Made by a program: the position numbers and the translations under genes. From Bradymonadia bacterium (GTDB lineage: Bacteria > Myxococcota_A > Bradymonadia > UBA7976 > UBA1532), in assembly GCA_046290225.1 (NCBI GenBank), contig JBKAGE010000035.1, forward strand, positions 288,001 to 352,000: 64,000 nt of DNA, given 5' to 3'. Below, piece by piece: positions 30,955-40,969 of this stretch. Every line of letters begins with the position of its first letter. Position 1 is the stretch's first letter. The notes below the pieces were generated by a model that was not told the DNA's origin, did no database searches, and saw only the letters and a program-made list of their open reading frames with translations.

Positions 30955-32289
30955 TCACTCAGTGCAGTGATCGGGGCCCTGCTTCTGAGTGCAGCCGTTG
31001 GCGCAGCGGTGCAGTTGTAGATCACCATCTTTGCAGCGGCCCATGATCCGTGGCTCTCGGGTACAGGTCCACTGGGTGTAGGGCTGCCAGTTCTGCGGGC
31101 ACCGCCCCCACACCTCGGCTTCACCGTCTTCAGCACAGATGTCGTCTTCGCCGCGCGCCATGACCCGACACCCGGCCTGGCAGGCCACCCATTGGGGCGC
31201 CTGGCCCTCGGTGCAGAGGTGCTTGTAGCGGCCGCTCACCGTGCAAGTCCATTGGGCAAAGACCTGACGATCCGTCCCGCAGACCTCTTGCTGAGGATCT
31301 TCTGCCCGAGGCTTGTCCTCCTGCTCGGGTTGATCGTTCTCGGGCTGATCTTGCTCAGGTTGATCACCCTCTGGCTGGTCTTGCTCAGGCTGATCCTGCT
31401 CAGGTTGGTCCTGTTCGGGCTGGTCCTGTTCGGGTTGATCGCCCTCTGGCCGATCGTCTTCTGGACGCTCCTCTTGATCGGAGAGATCACCCAACGGCGG
31501 ATCGTCCTCGGGTCGATCTTCTTGAGGCCCACTGTTGATCTCGGGGATATCCCCCGAACTCCAGGCGACAACCTGCGCCCTCACCTCGGCGTAGTATGTG
31601 GGTACGTGACCGAAGATGTCGGTGCCGAACCGATCGCGGTAGTAGCCGCTGTTGATGCGCAGTATGGCGCCGGTGGTCTCGTCGAAGACCGGACCACCAG
31701 AATCACCGGGACACAGGTGGTTGGTGGCTTCACCCTGGGTGAAATCGGCTTTGCGCTTCTGCCAGTCGGTGCTGTAGCCCCGCTCAGTGCATCCATAGCC
31801 CCACACTGAGAGCGCGGTCCCTTCGGTGGGGGTCTCAGGCGCCAGAGGCCTCGGTGTGGCCAGGGTCTCGGGCACGACGCTGCCGAGCTTCAGCAGCGCG
31901 ATGTCACCAGATCCAAGCTGCCGGCTGAACGATTTGTACTCAGTGACGGTGAACGACTGGCGATCCTGCCCTGCAGGACGCACCCGGAAGCTGCCATAGT
32001 TCCCCGGCCGGCTCGTGCTGCGATAACCCACGCAGTGAGCCGCGGTGATGGCCACGTCAGGGGCCACGAGGGTGGCGGTACATCCCGTGGACAGAGTGCC
32101 CACCTCCGGGCGCTCTTCAGTGAGCTGGCCCCGCCTGATCTTGTCATCGAGGCTCTCGGTGAAGCCCTCGGGAGTGGCAGGAATCTCGACCACCTCGCCC
32201 AAGGCGGTGGACTGGGTGCTCTCCCCACACCCGGTGAAGATGCCTGCGAGGATCACGACCGAGGTCGTGCCGGTGACGTATCGCAACAT
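30955..32289 (-). CDS. Trypsin-like (S1) serine protease lipoprotein with DQPE repeat linker and Cys-rich C-terminus
   Basis: Lipobox FTGC; TAAHC, DIALL, GDSGGP. Confidence 0.9.
   Translation of the reverse strand: MLRYVTGTTSVVILAGIFTGCGESTQSTALGEVVEIPATPEGFTESLDDKIRRGQLTEERPEVGTLSTGCTATLVAPDVAITAAHCVGYRSTSRPGNYGSFRVRPAGQDRQSFTVTEYKSFSRQLGSGDIALLKLGSVVPETLATPRPLAPETPTEGTALSVWGYGCTERGYSTDWQKRKADFTQGEATNHLCPGDSGGPVFDETTGAILRINSGYYRDRFGTDIFGHVPTYYAEVRAQVVAWSSGDIPEINSGPQEDRPEDDPPLGDLSDQEERPEDDRPEGDQPEQDQPEQDQPEQDQPEQDQPEGDQPEQDQPENDQPEQEDKPRAEDPQQEVCGTDRQVFAQWTCTVSGRYKHLCTEGQAPQWVACQAGCRVMARGEDDICAEDGEAEVWGRCPQNWQPYTQWTCTREPRIMGRCKDGDLQLHRCANGCTQKQGPDHCTE
31321..31470 (-). repeat. 15-nt coding tandem repeat (DQPEx x8 plus 2 degenerate units)
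   Basis: Units such as ctgctcgggttgatc and ttgctcaggctgatc in an exact 15-nt register. Confidence 0.9.
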
Positions 32290-32466
32290 CGTGCTGTGCC
32301 TCCAAGCCATGTCAAATGTACGGCCAGTGGCTTGACAGCAATGTGGATGCCAGGGTGTCAGGCACCTGTTTTCAACGTTTTAGCCCCCAACGTGAGACAC
32401 AACAGCTCACCCACACGAACAACGTGTGCCATACACAGCACACACTCATACCTGCAAGATGTCTCG

Positions 32467-33267
32467 TCAGCCTTGTTGAATCAGCCGCTCGGGTCGTAGA
32501 CGGCCCGCCTCGTCGAAGAGCGCCCGGGTCGTCGCCAGCACTGCGCCAAGCACCCCGACGGCTGTAGCACCCGCGATCAAACAGATGATGGCGATCTGAT
32601 ACCGCGCGGCGAGACCAGGCGGTGTGCCGCCGAGCAGCTGGCCCGTCATCATGCCGGGGATGCTCACCACCCCCACCACAGTCATGGTGTTCATGATGGG
32701 GATCAGCCCTGTACGGATCGACTCCGCGGCGACTGGGCGAGCCGCTTCCCATGGCGTTGCGCCATAGGCCAGCAGCGACTCGACCCGATCGCGGTGCTCG
32801 TCGAAGAGGGCCAGACAACGGTCGAGACCGAGGCTGATCCCCGTGAGACCGTTCCCGAGGATCATGCCCAGGACCGGGATCAGGAAGCGGGGGCTCCACC
32901 ACGGATCTGGCTGGATCACCAGGGTGGTGCCGATGAGGGCCGAGACCCCAGCGCCGAGGGCCAGAGATCCGAAGGTGGCCGGGCCCATGCCCCGCCAGCG
33001 ACGGCTCGGACGCTTGATCGCCGCTCGGGTGGCCATGAGCAGCATGGCCAGACACACCGCGAGGATCGGCAGAGGATGGCCCCACTGGAACACCGGCACC
33101 AGCACATAGCCCAGCAACAACAGTTGCACCACCATGCGGGTGACGGCGATGGCCAGCCGTTTGGTGAGGCCGAGGCGCAACCACACAGAGAGGCCGCCGT
33201 GCACCAACACCAGCGCGCCGGCGATGAGCAGGCTCGCCGGGCCGAGATCAGGTGCAGCTTCACCCAC
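32467..33267 (-). CDS. fetB: ABC transporter permease, FetB/YbbM (UPF0014) family
   Basis: RMVVQLLLLG, IPVLGMILGN, GVVSIPGMMTGQLLGG, ARYQI. Confidence 0.9.
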   Translation of the reverse strand: MGEAAPDLGPASLLIAGALVLVHGGLSVWLRLGLTKRLAIAVTRMVVQLLLLGYVLVPVFQWGHPLPILAVCLAMLLMATRAAIKRPSRRWRGMGPATFGSLALGAGVSALIGTTLVIQPDPWWSPRFLIPVLGMILGNGLTGISLGLDRCLALFDEHRDRVESLLAYGATPWEAARPVAAESIRTGLIPIMNTMTVVGVVSIPGMMTGQLLGGTPPGLAARYQIAIICLIAGATAVGVLGAVLATTRALFDEAGRLRPERLIQQG

Positions 33268-33898
33268 GGTAGTCTCCCAAGTTCAGATGACGCTCGCTCA
33301 CTCGAGCGCCTTGTTCCGGAGAATGAGTGACCCACACCAGCCGGCGTCCGATCAGATCCCGCTCCACAGCGAGGGTGGCCTCGGGGTCGAGGGCGCTCGT
33401 GGGCTCGTCGAGCAGCAACACCGACGGCTGTCGAGCGATGGCGATGGCCAGCGCAGCCCGTTGGCGCTCCCCTCCAGACAAGATGTGCCAGGGCTGATGC
33501 CACCGATCAGCAGCGAGCCCCCAATTCGACCCGAGCTTCACGGGATCACCCGCAGGCCACTCGGCTGAGCGCTGTTGTTGAACTTTGAGGACGTTGATCT
33601 GATCCACGAGCTCCGCGGGTGTGCCTGGATGGATCGCCGGGCTCTGAGGCACGTAGACCACCTCGGCCCGCCAACGCTGATGACCCCAGGATTCCGCGGC
33701 GCGGCCATCGAGGAGAATCTGCCCTGCAGCCTCTGGGATCAGGCCCGCGAGCATACGCAACAGCTGGCTCTTGCCCGAGCCCGAGGGGCCCTGGACCACC
33801 AGCACTTCGCCCTCGTCGAGGGCAAAATCAACCTCGCGAAAGAGAGGCCGATCGTCGATGACTCGTGACAACGCTCGCGCTTCGAACCGCACGCTCAC
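33260..33898 (-). CDS. fetA: ABC transporter ATP-binding protein, FetA/YbbL-like
   Basis: GPSGSGKS, LSGGERQR, LLLDEPTSALD; overlaps the permease start. Confidence 0.85.
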   Translation of the reverse strand: MSVRFEARALSRVIDDRPLFREVDFALDEGEVLVVQGPSGSGKSQLLRMLAGLIPEAAGQILLDGRAAESWGHQRWRAEVVYVPQSPAIHPGTPAELVDQINVLKVQQQRSAEWPAGDPVKLGSNWGLAADRWHQPWHILSGGERQRAALAIAIARQPSVLLLDEPTSALDPEATLAVERDLIGRRLVWVTHSPEQGARVSERHLNLGDYRG

Positions 33899-33995
33899 TC
33901 CAGGGCTGCAGATGCGATCAACGATCTCAGGTGCTACTCTGCCAGGCCTCGAACCGCCAGCTTGGTATCGCTCTCGGGTCCACACAGGAGACTTC

Positions 33996-34982
33996 ATGAC
34001 CGCCACGGGTCCCAGCATCCGCCCCCGCCGCAACCGCAAATCCGCCCCTGTTCGTGCCTATCATCGCGAGACCCACCTGGGGCCGGAGCACTTCGTATAC
34101 CCGGTCTTCATCCACGACGGTGAAGGGGTCGAGGCCATCGGCAGCATGCCGGGCTGCAGTCGATTGTCCCTCGACGCGCTGATGGAAGAGGTGGGCGGCG
34201 CCATCGGCGAAGGCATCAACTCCGTGGTGTTGTTCCCCGCCATCGACGAGTCACTCAAGAGCTCTCGTGGCGAAGAGGCCTACAACCCCGAGGGGCTGGT
34301 ACAGCGAGCCATCAAGCGGCTCAAGGCCCAGTGGCCCGATCTCGTGGTGATGACCGATGTGGCCCTGGACCCCTACAGCAGCGATGGCCACGACGGCATC
34401 GTGTACGAGGGCCGCATCCTCAACGACGAGACGGTGGAGATCCTCTGCCGGCAGGCTCTGTCTCACGCCATGGCCGGCGCCGACGTCATCGCCCCGAGCG
34501 ACATGATGGATGGTCGGGTGGGCGCGATCCGCAGCACCCTCGACGCCGCGGGCTTCGAGGAGGTGTCGATCCTGTCGTACACCGCCAAGTACGCCTCGGC
34601 CTTCTACGGGCCCTTCCGAGATGCCCTCGACTCGGCGCCGAAGTTCGGTGACAAGAAGACCTATCAGATGGATCCCGCCAATAGCCGCGAGGCGCTGCGG
34701 GAGCTCGAGCTCGACGAGCTTGAAGGCGCCGACATCGTTATGGTGAAGCCCGCAGGGCCTTATCTCGATGTCATCCGCCGTCTGCGGGAGAACACCGCCC
34801 TGCCCATCGCCGCCTATCAGGTGAGCGGTGAGTTCGCCATGATCAAGGCCGCCTGCGAGCGCGGCTGGCTCGATGAGGACAAGGTGGTCCTCGAGAGCCT
34901 GCTGGCCATTCGCCGCGCCGGCGCCGACATCATCTTCACCTACTTTGCCCGTCAGGCCGCCCGCCTGCTCAAGGGCCAATGA
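33996..34982 (+). CDS. hemB: Porphobilinogen synthase (ALA dehydratase), Asp-rich zinc-independent type
   Basis: DVALDPYSSDGHDG, APSDMMDGRV, YGPFRDA, MVKPA, AYQVSGEF. Confidence 0.97.
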   Translation: MTATGPSIRPRRNRKSAPVRAYHRETHLGPEHFVYPVFIHDGEGVEAIGSMPGCSRLSLDALMEEVGGAIGEGINSVVLFPAIDESLKSSRGEEAYNPEGLVQRAIKRLKAQWPDLVVMTDVALDPYSSDGHDGIVYEGRILNDETVEILCRQALSHAMAGADVIAPSDMMDGRVGAIRSTLDAAGFEEVSILSYTAKYASAFYGPFRDALDSAPKFGDKKTYQMDPANSREALRELELDELEGADIVMVKPAGPYLDVIRRLRENTALPIAAYQVSGEFAMIKAACERGWLDEDKVVLESLLAIRRAGADIIFTYFARQAARLLKGQ

Positions 34983-35115
34983 CATCGACCTCTGAAAAGA
35001 CTTCTGGCCACAGCGTGTATCAACACTCTGTGTCGTACACTCTGCTCACGCGTCGCCACCCCACTGATCGTACACGGTCGAACGCTGTTCGCTGATCGCT
35101 CAGAAAGGAACCCCC

Positions 35116-36168
35116 ATGTGGATGAGAAACGCTCTGTTCTCGATGCTCGCCTTTGCCTTCATCGTGCCCTCCATGGGCTGCGGTGACGACAAGAAGCCCC
35201 CTGTCCGGCCGGTGGAAGGCCAGAGTTTCTTGATCGACGCCGAGGCCTTCGATCTCGAGACGGTGGTGGGCCTGGTCAAAGAGAACAAGGTGGCCAACGC
35301 CAAGGCCCTCGAAGAGACGATCAACGCCGACAACGGCATCAACAACGTCGATCTCGATAACGACAACCAGATCGATTACGTGCTGGTGCACGAGGAGCGC
35401 GAGAACAAAGACACCGTGCTCAACTTCAAGGCGGTGCCCTCGTCGAAGGGCAACGTCGCCGACGCGGTGAGCGTAGCCACGCTGAGGGTGGGTCCCAACA
35501 CCGCCGGCGATGGCCAGGTGCACGTGCGCGGCGGCTACCCGAACTACGTGCGGGGCTACAACAACTACTACTACAGCTACCATTCGCCCATGGCCACCGT
35601 CGGCACTGCCGCCTTCATGGTCTGGGCCCTCAACCACAGCCGCCCTGTGTACTACGCACCCATGGTGCCCTCGTACTACAGCTACCGGCCCATCTACAGC
35701 CGGTCGGTGCGCACCACCAAGCGCACCACCTACCGCACCCAGACCAGGGTGAGCCCCGTCAGCAAGGCCAGCCGGCCCTCGAGCTTCAAGCCCGCCACCA
35801 GCACCAAGACCGCCCAGCGCGTGAAGCAGAACCGGGTGAACCGCCCGAGCACCAGCACCACCAGCGGCAAGGGGCTCTCGAGCCGCTCCGGCAAGGCCAC
35901 CTCGTTCAGCAAGCAGACCGCCCCCAAGAGCACCGCCACGGGCTTCGGCTCCGGCAGCCGCTCTACCACCAGCGGTAGCCGCTCTACCACCAGCGGCAGT
36001 CGCTCCACCACCAGCGGATTCGGCTCTGGCAGCCGCAGCACCACCAGCGGCAGCCGCAGCAGCTTCGGGCGCTCGTCATCGAGCGGCAGCCGCAGCAGCT
36101 TCGGTCGTTCCTCTTCGAGCAGCAGCAGTCGTCGCAGCAGCTTCGGCGGCAGCCGGCGTCGGCGCTGA
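35116..36168 (+). CDS. Lipoprotein with an EF-hand-like loop, Tyr-rich segment and Ser/Arg/Gly-rich tail
   Basis: Lipobox-like SMGC; NNVDLDNDNQIDY; hydrophobic segment; GSRSTTS repeats. Confidence 0.85.
   Translation: MWMRNALFSMLAFAFIVPSMGCGDDKKPPVRPVEGQSFLIDAEAFDLETVVGLVKENKVANAKALEETINADNGINNVDLDNDNQIDYVLVHEERENKDTVLNFKAVPSSKGNVADAVSVATLRVGPNTAGDGQVHVRGGYPNYVRGYNNYYYSYHSPMATVGTAAFMVWALNHSRPVYYAPMVPSYYSYRPIYSRSVRTTKRTTYRTQTRVSPVSKASRPSSFKPATSTKTAQRVKQNRVNRPSTSTTSGKGLSSRSGKATSFSKQTAPKSTATGFGSGSRSTTSGSRSTTSGSRSTTSGFGSGSRSTTSGSRSSFGRSSSSGSRSSFGRSSSSSSSRRSSFGGSRRRR
35941..36165 (+). repeat. Coding repeats (21-nt GSRSTTS units and SRSSFG units)
   Basis: ggcagccgctctaccaccagc repeated with variants. 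Confidence 0.8.
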
Positions 36169-36178
36169 GGAGAACCGC

Positions 36179-37267
36179 ATGAGCGCACAGAGCACCCGCC
36201 CCGAGTGGCAGCGGGAGATGATCTACATGACGGTGATCTATCGCCTCATGGAGCGCGGCGAGAAGCTGCACATCGTCGACATCGGCGAAGGTCATCAACA
36301 CATCGAAAAAGAGCTCACCGAGATGCTGGCCAAAGATCTGCTCCAGCACGAGGGTGAGCACTGGGCCCCCACCGAAAAGGGTCGCGAGTTCCGCGACAAG
36401 ATGGTGGCCATGTACGATCAGGTGCTGCACTTCGAGGTCTTCGCCCACGTCGATCTCACCCGGCAGCTCAGCGAAGAAGAGGGTGAGCGAGACGAAGAGG
36501 GTTTGATCCTCCACGTCTTCGATCACATCCACGATCCGCGCTTCGAGCCTTCGCCCAACGCCGCGGACATGCGACTGGCCATGCTCACGTTCTTGTCGGA
36601 GCGCATGGTGAGCGAGGGGCTCATCCAAGGGCAGATCGACCCCTACCGCATCGTGTTCCTGCAGAAGCTCGCCGACGGTGAGCTCAAGAGCGACGACTTC
36701 TGGCTGATGATGCGCACGGGGAAGTTCTTCCGCGAGGTGCAGGAGATCGCTGACTCGCAATACCGCTGGACCGACGTCTCCGACGACGAAGAAGAGGCGG
36801 CCTGGGTGATGGAGAACATCTACACCGCGGGCATGCTCGAGCAGCGCAAGCGTGACGGCTACCACTGCAGCAAGTGCGACAGCCCACTGGCCATCTTCGA
36901 AGCCCACGCCAAGGCCGACGGCGAGGCCTTCGATCACTGCTTCCACTGCGGCGCCGACTTCAGCCCCCCACCGCCTCCGCCGAACACTGCGGAGTTCGAA
37001 TGCCCCAATTGCGGCGGTGACGTGCACTCGGGGCAGCACCGCTGCACTTCGTGCGGCGCCCTGCTCGACTTCAGCCTGCCCGAGGGCACGGTGCATCAGA
37101 ACACCGTGAAGGAGACCACCTACGAGACCGAGACCTACGGGGGCTGGGGCCACGGGGGTTACGACTACTATGGCGGGTACGGCTACCAGCCGGTGGGCTA
37201 CTACGATCCGTGGAACCCCTTTGTCGCCGCTGTGGGCTTCGGAGTGCTCTGCGCGGTGATCTTCTGA
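36179..37267 (+). CDS. Hypothetical protein with four CxxC zinc-ribbon knuckles and a C-terminal membrane anchor
   Basis: CSKC, CFHC, CPNC, CTSC; Tyr/Gly-rich tail and hydrophobic C-terminus; GAGGAG RBS. Confidence 0.85.
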   Translation: MSAQSTRPEWQREMIYMTVIYRLMERGEKLHIVDIGEGHQHIEKELTEMLAKDLLQHEGEHWAPTEKGREFRDKMVAMYDQVLHFEVFAHVDLTRQLSEEEGERDEEGLILHVFDHIHDPRFEPSPNAADMRLAMLTFLSERMVSEGLIQGQIDPYRIVFLQKLADGELKSDDFWLMMRTGKFFREVQEIADSQYRWTDVSDDEEEAAWVMENIYTAGMLEQRKRDGYHCSKCDSPLAIFEAHAKADGEAFDHCFHCGADFSPPPPPPNTAEFECPNCGGDVHSGQHRCTSCGALLDFSLPEGTVHQNTVKETTYETETYGGWGHGGYDYYGGYGYQPVGYYDPWNPFVAAVGFGVLCAVIF

Positions 37268-37303
37268 GCGGACGACCGTGCTGAAGGCACGGTCGTCCGC
37301 TCA
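37265..37303. terminator. Perfect 17-bp hairpin between convergent genes
   Basis: TGAGCGGACGACCGTGC-TGAAG-GCACGGTCGTCCGCTCA, including both stop codons; no U-tract. Confidence 0.65.
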
Positions 37304-38107
37304 AGGCGACTCCCCCAGCTGCTTGTTCAGATCGCTGATGACCTGCTTCAACTGAGTGGCGTTCACCTCGGGGTTGCTCCGGGGCTTGAACTTCGGGTCG
37401 ATCTCCAGCGCCTTCACCCACGCATCCCGCATCCCGATGGCCGTCTGCGGCGTACGACGGCTCATGCGGGCATACGCCATGCCGATCTCGAAGTAGATGT
37501 CGGCGGTGGTGGCCCCCTCAGGGCCCCGGAAGCTCGGGGCGATTTCGAGGGTTTTGCCGAAGACCTCGATGCTCTTGCGCAACAGCGCGTCGTCATAGGG
37601 GCGCTTCTCGAGATATGCCCGGGCCAGGGTGAAGTGCGCCTCTGCAGAGGCGGGCATCAACTCGACCGCCTTCTCCAGAGCCTTGATGGCCCCTGGGCGC
37701 TGTCCGAGGGCGAGCAGCACGCGGCCGTGGCTCAGCTGCATCTGGCCATCTTCTGGGGCCATCTTCACCCCCTGAGCCAGCATGTTCTCCGCCTCGAAGG
37801 CACGATCAGCCTGCAACAACATCGGCGCCAGGATGCGGACCACATCTACCGGCACACCACCGCCGCGGAACTTGTCGGGGTGGGCCTCGACGAAGCGGAT
37901 CAGCAGTTCGGGCTGCTGCATGCCCTTCTCCACAACATCTTCGAGCTTCGGCGGTGGCAGTGGAGCCTTGAACGGCACCCGATCTGCCTTGGGTGGCGCT
38001 GCCATCTTCGGGCCCACCATGCCGTCGCCGTCTTTGGCAAACGCCTGGGAGGCGAGCGTCGGTGAGATCAGGGCGACCAGCGCGAGACCTCTGACCCATC
38101 GGGGCAA
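37301..38107 (-). CDS. Secreted TPR-repeat protein (start uncertain)
   Basis: Signal-like GLALVALISPTLASQAFA; AEAHFTLARAY and KALEIDPKF TPR-type helices; 3' part of ORF 37301..39496. Confidence 0.75.
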   Translation of the reverse strand: MPRWVRGLALVALISPTLASQAFAKDGDGMVGPKMAAPPKADRVPFKAPLPPPKLEDVVEKGMQQPELLIRFVEAHPDKFRGGGVPVDVVRILAPMLLQADRAFEAENMLAQGVKMAPEDGQMQLSHGRVLLALGQRPGAIKALEKAVELMPASAEAHFTLARAYLEKRPYDDALLRKSIEVFGKTLEIAPSFRGPEGATTADIYFEIGMAYARMSRRTPQTAIGMRDAWVKALEIDPKFKPRSNPEVNATQLKQVISDLNKQLGESP

Positions 38108-38574
38108 GCGGCGAGCAGCTCCGCCACCGTCTGCTCGTGACCCGGCACCTGCACTTGTGGCGCCACATCGGCCCACGGCTGCAACACGAAGCGCCGTTGC
38201 GCCAGTAGAGGGTGAGGCAGCGTCAGCCGATCGTGCTGCACCACGTGCTGACCCAACATGAGCAGATCGAGATCGAGGGTGCGAGGGCCCCAGCGGACCA
38301 CTCTTTCTCGACCATGGTCCAACTCGATGGCCTGCAGCGCGTCGAGGATCTCGAGCGCCCCCACCTGGGTCTGAAAGCCCACGACCTGATTGAGAAATTC
38401 GGGCTGCGGCACTCCGCCCCAGGGCGGCGTCACGTACCGCGGGCTCTGCACCAGAGGCCCCGTGGCCAGCGGCGCCATCGCATAGATCGACGACTCCAGC
38501 CGTCGAGCCACCACCAGCAGAGTTTCGCCTTTGTTTCCACCGATGCTGATCCACGCCCATGTACTCCTCGACAT
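38068..38574 (-). CDS. folK: 2-amino-4-hydroxy-6-hydroxymethyldihydropteridine pyrophosphokinase
   Basis: ISIGGNKG, QPEFLNQV, RWGPRTLDLDLL, LTLPHP, RRFVLQP. Confidence 0.93.
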   Translation of the reverse strand: MSRSTWAWISIGGNKGETLLVVARRLESSIYAMAPLATGPLVQSPRYVTPPWGGVPQPEFLNQVVGFQTQVGALEILDALQAIELDHGRERVVRWGPRTLDLDLLMLGQHVVQHDRLTLPHPLLAQRRFVLQPWADVAPQVQVPGHEQTVAELLAACPDGSEVSRWSP

Positions 38575-38674
38575 CGAACAATTCTCCGGGAAGGTACAGG
38601 GCCCTTCCCCGTGTTGACAACGCTGGGAGGCGCTGCGTACCGTGGCGCCCCTTGCATCGCACCCAGGGTAAGCC

Positions 38675-39529
38675 ATGCGCGCCGCTCCGACATTCTTCAA
38701 GATGCTTCTCACCGCTCTCATCGGCACCGGGCTGCTCGTCAGCAGCGCCGCCGCCCAGGGGCCAGCGCTGCCTGGCGTCGACCTGAAGGACATGGAAGCC
38801 GACGAGATCACCGCCCTCGCAGCACTGCTCAGCGAGGGCGCCTGCCCGTGCAACGCCAAGCTCAGCATCACCGAGTGTGTACAGCAGAAGAGCTGCGAGC
38901 GGGCCACCAACCTCGCCACCTACGGCGCTGACAAGTTCCGCGAGGGCTTCAGCACCGAAGAGGTCCGCGAGGCCGTGGTGAAGAAGTACCTCGACGACAA
39001 CGTGACCTTCACCTTCGACTTCAAGGGCAGCTACAAGAAGGGGGCCGACAACGGCCGGGTGGTCATCGTCGAGTACGCCGACTTCGAATGCCCCTTCTGC
39101 GGCATCATGAGCCGGGTGCTCAGCGACATCGTCAAAGCCCACCCCAAAGATGTCACGGTCTACTTCAAGCACTTCCCCCTGCCCATGCACCCCTACGGCG
39201 AGAAGGCCTCCAAGGCTGCCGTCGCCGCGGGCCTGCAGGGGCAGTTCTGGCCCATGCACGATCTCATCTTCGAGCATCAGGGCATGCTGAACGACCAGAA
39301 GTTCGTCGAGCTCGCGGGCAAGCTCGGCCTCAACGCCGAGCGGTTCAAGGTCGACATGGCGAGCCCTGCCGTCGCCCAGATCATCGAGCGCGATCGCAAT
39401 GAGGGCATCAAGAACCAGCTGACCGGCACCCCCACCATCTACATCAACGGGAAGCTGTACCACGAAGACAAAGCCCCCGACGCCTTCAAGAAGCATGTCG
39501 AGGGCCTGCTCAAGCGCTCCACCAAGTAG
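38675..39529 (+). CDS. DsbA-family thioredoxin-fold protein
   Basis: Signal peptide; EYADFECPFC, FKHFPLPMH, GTPTIYING. Confidence 0.92.
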   Translation: MRAAPTFFKMLLTALIGTGLLVSSAAAQGPALPGVDLKDMEADEITALAALLSEGACPCNAKLSITECVQQKSCERATNLATYGADKFREGFSTEEVREAVVKKYLDDNVTFTFDFKGSYKKGADNGRVVIVEYADFECPFCGIMSRVLSDIVKAHPKDVTVYFKHFPLPMHPYGEKASKAAVAAGLQGQFWPMHDLIFEHQGMLNDQKFVELAGKLGLNAERFKVDMASPAVAQIIERDRNEGIKNQLTGTPTIYINGKLYHEDKAPDAFKKHVEGLLKRSTK

Positions 39530-39592
39530 CGCGCTGCTGGCTGCAGAAGCAGCGGCGATGCCGGGGCTGAAGACACGCCCTGGCGCTCCGGC

Positions 39593-40543
39593 TCAGCTGT
39601 TTTGGGCCCGGAACCATTCCACGAAACGCTTGATGCCTTCTTGCACCGTCACCTGTGGGTGGTAGTCCAACTCCGTCTTCGCCAGGCTCACGTCGGCGAA
39701 GGTGCGGCTCACGTCGCCAGGCTGTGAGGGCAGCTGATCAATGACGGGGGACTTGCCCAGGGCCTTGCCGATCTCGTCGATGAGGGCCTTGAGGGTGATC
39801 GTCTTCGACTCGCCGAGGTTGTAGATGCGATAGCCTTCGACCCGCTCGATGGCCGCCACCACGCCGTCGACGATGTCTTGCACGAAGGTGTAGTCCCGCG
39901 ACGAAGAGCCATCGCCGAACATGGGCACCGACTCACCGTTCTCGATGATGCGGGTGAACTTGTGGATCGCCATCTCCGGGCGCTGGCGGGGTCCGTACAC
40001 CGTGAAGAAGCGCAAGCAGCTCACGTGCATGTTGAAGAGGTGATGGTAGGTGTAGCAGAGCAGCTCGCCGGCCTTCTTCGTCGCCGCATAGGGCGAGATC
40101 GGGAAGTCGACGCGATCTGCCTCGCTGAAGGGCACCTTGTCCCGATCACCGTAAACCGACGAAGAAGAGGCGAAGACGAAGCGGTTCACGCCATCGGCGC
40201 GGCAACGCTCGAGCAGGTTGGTGGTGCCCTCGACGTTCACCTGCTGGTAGAGGCCCGGGCGCTCGATGCTCGGGCGCACGCCGGCCCAGGCTGCGAGGTG
40301 CATCACCCGCTCGGGCTTGAACCGCGCGAAGACCTGCTCGAGCAGATCGCGATCGAGGATGTCACCACGAACCAGCTCGAAGGCGTCATGCTGCAGCGCC
40401 GAGGCGATGTTGGCCTCTTTGATGGCCGGATCGTAAAACTCGTTGAAGTTGTCCAGGCCGAGGACCGAGTGGCCCATGGCCAGCAGTCGATCGACTAGGT
40501 TCGATCCGATGAATCCGGCGGCGCCGGTGACCAAAATGCGCAT
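39593..40543 (-). CDS. NAD-dependent epimerase (UDP-glucuronate 4-epimerase-like)
   Basis: TGAAGFIGS, HLAAWAGVRPS, YAATK, RFFTVYGPRQRP. Confidence 0.92.
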   Translation of the reverse strand: MRILVTGAAGFIGSNLVDRLLAMGHSVLGLDNFNEFYDPAIKEANIASALQHDAFELVRGDILDRDLLEQVFARFKPERVMHLAAWAGVRPSIERPGLYQQVNVEGTTNLLERCRADGVNRFVFASSSSVYGDRDKVPFSEADRVDFPISPYAATKKAGELLCYTYHHLFNMHVSCLRFFTVYGPRQRPEMAIHKFTRIIENGESVPMFGDGSSSRDYTFVQDIVDGVVAAIERVEGYRIYNLGESKTITLKALIDEIGKALGKSPVIDQLPSQPGDVSRTFADVSLAKTELDYHPQVTVQEGIKRFVEWFRAQNS

Positions 40544-40866
40544 CTGACCTCCAATCAGGTCGCGATCTACCACGGAGTCGTGGCGTGATTAAGGGCTCTG
40601 ATTCTATTGCGCAAAAAACCCGCGCGCGCCGCTCGGCCTACAAAGTAGTCCACTTGACTACATACAACAACCCTCATCGATATCCGACGGATGATTTCAC
40701 CCTCGAAACCCTTTCGGGCCAATTCTCAGGCCAAAATTTGGACGTGAGCGCGATCTGGGCGCACACTCCGGATGTGAGGTCGAACACGGGGATTTTTCGG
40801 AGACCAATGGCCCTCGGGACCGCATGAAAAAAGGCCCTGCGCGGCCTTGGCCCCCTGCCTTTTTTA

Positions 40867-40896
40867 TTGACACTCCGGAAAATCCGCGATTAACCT
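40867..40896 (+). promoter_or_regulatory. Sigma70-like promoter of the HU genes
   Basis: TTGACA-18 nt-TAACCT with a T-rich upstream tract. Confidence 0.55.
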
Positions 40897-40969
40897 CCGC
40901 CGCATTGCTCGTAACCCAGTTGTTTTACAGGTTTACTACCTAAACCAGAGGCCGTAGAAGGGGTGACCC

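Noticed and set aside
31321..31470. Short repeat arrays (also 35941-36165 and 62840-62915) as CRISPR
   Set aside because: In-frame coding repeats with no unique spacers, and no cas genes
38108..39496. N-terminal part of the 731-aa ORF 37301..39496
   Set aside because: Overlaps folK in another frame and the DsbA gene antisense; only the 3' ~270 codons look like a real TPR gene
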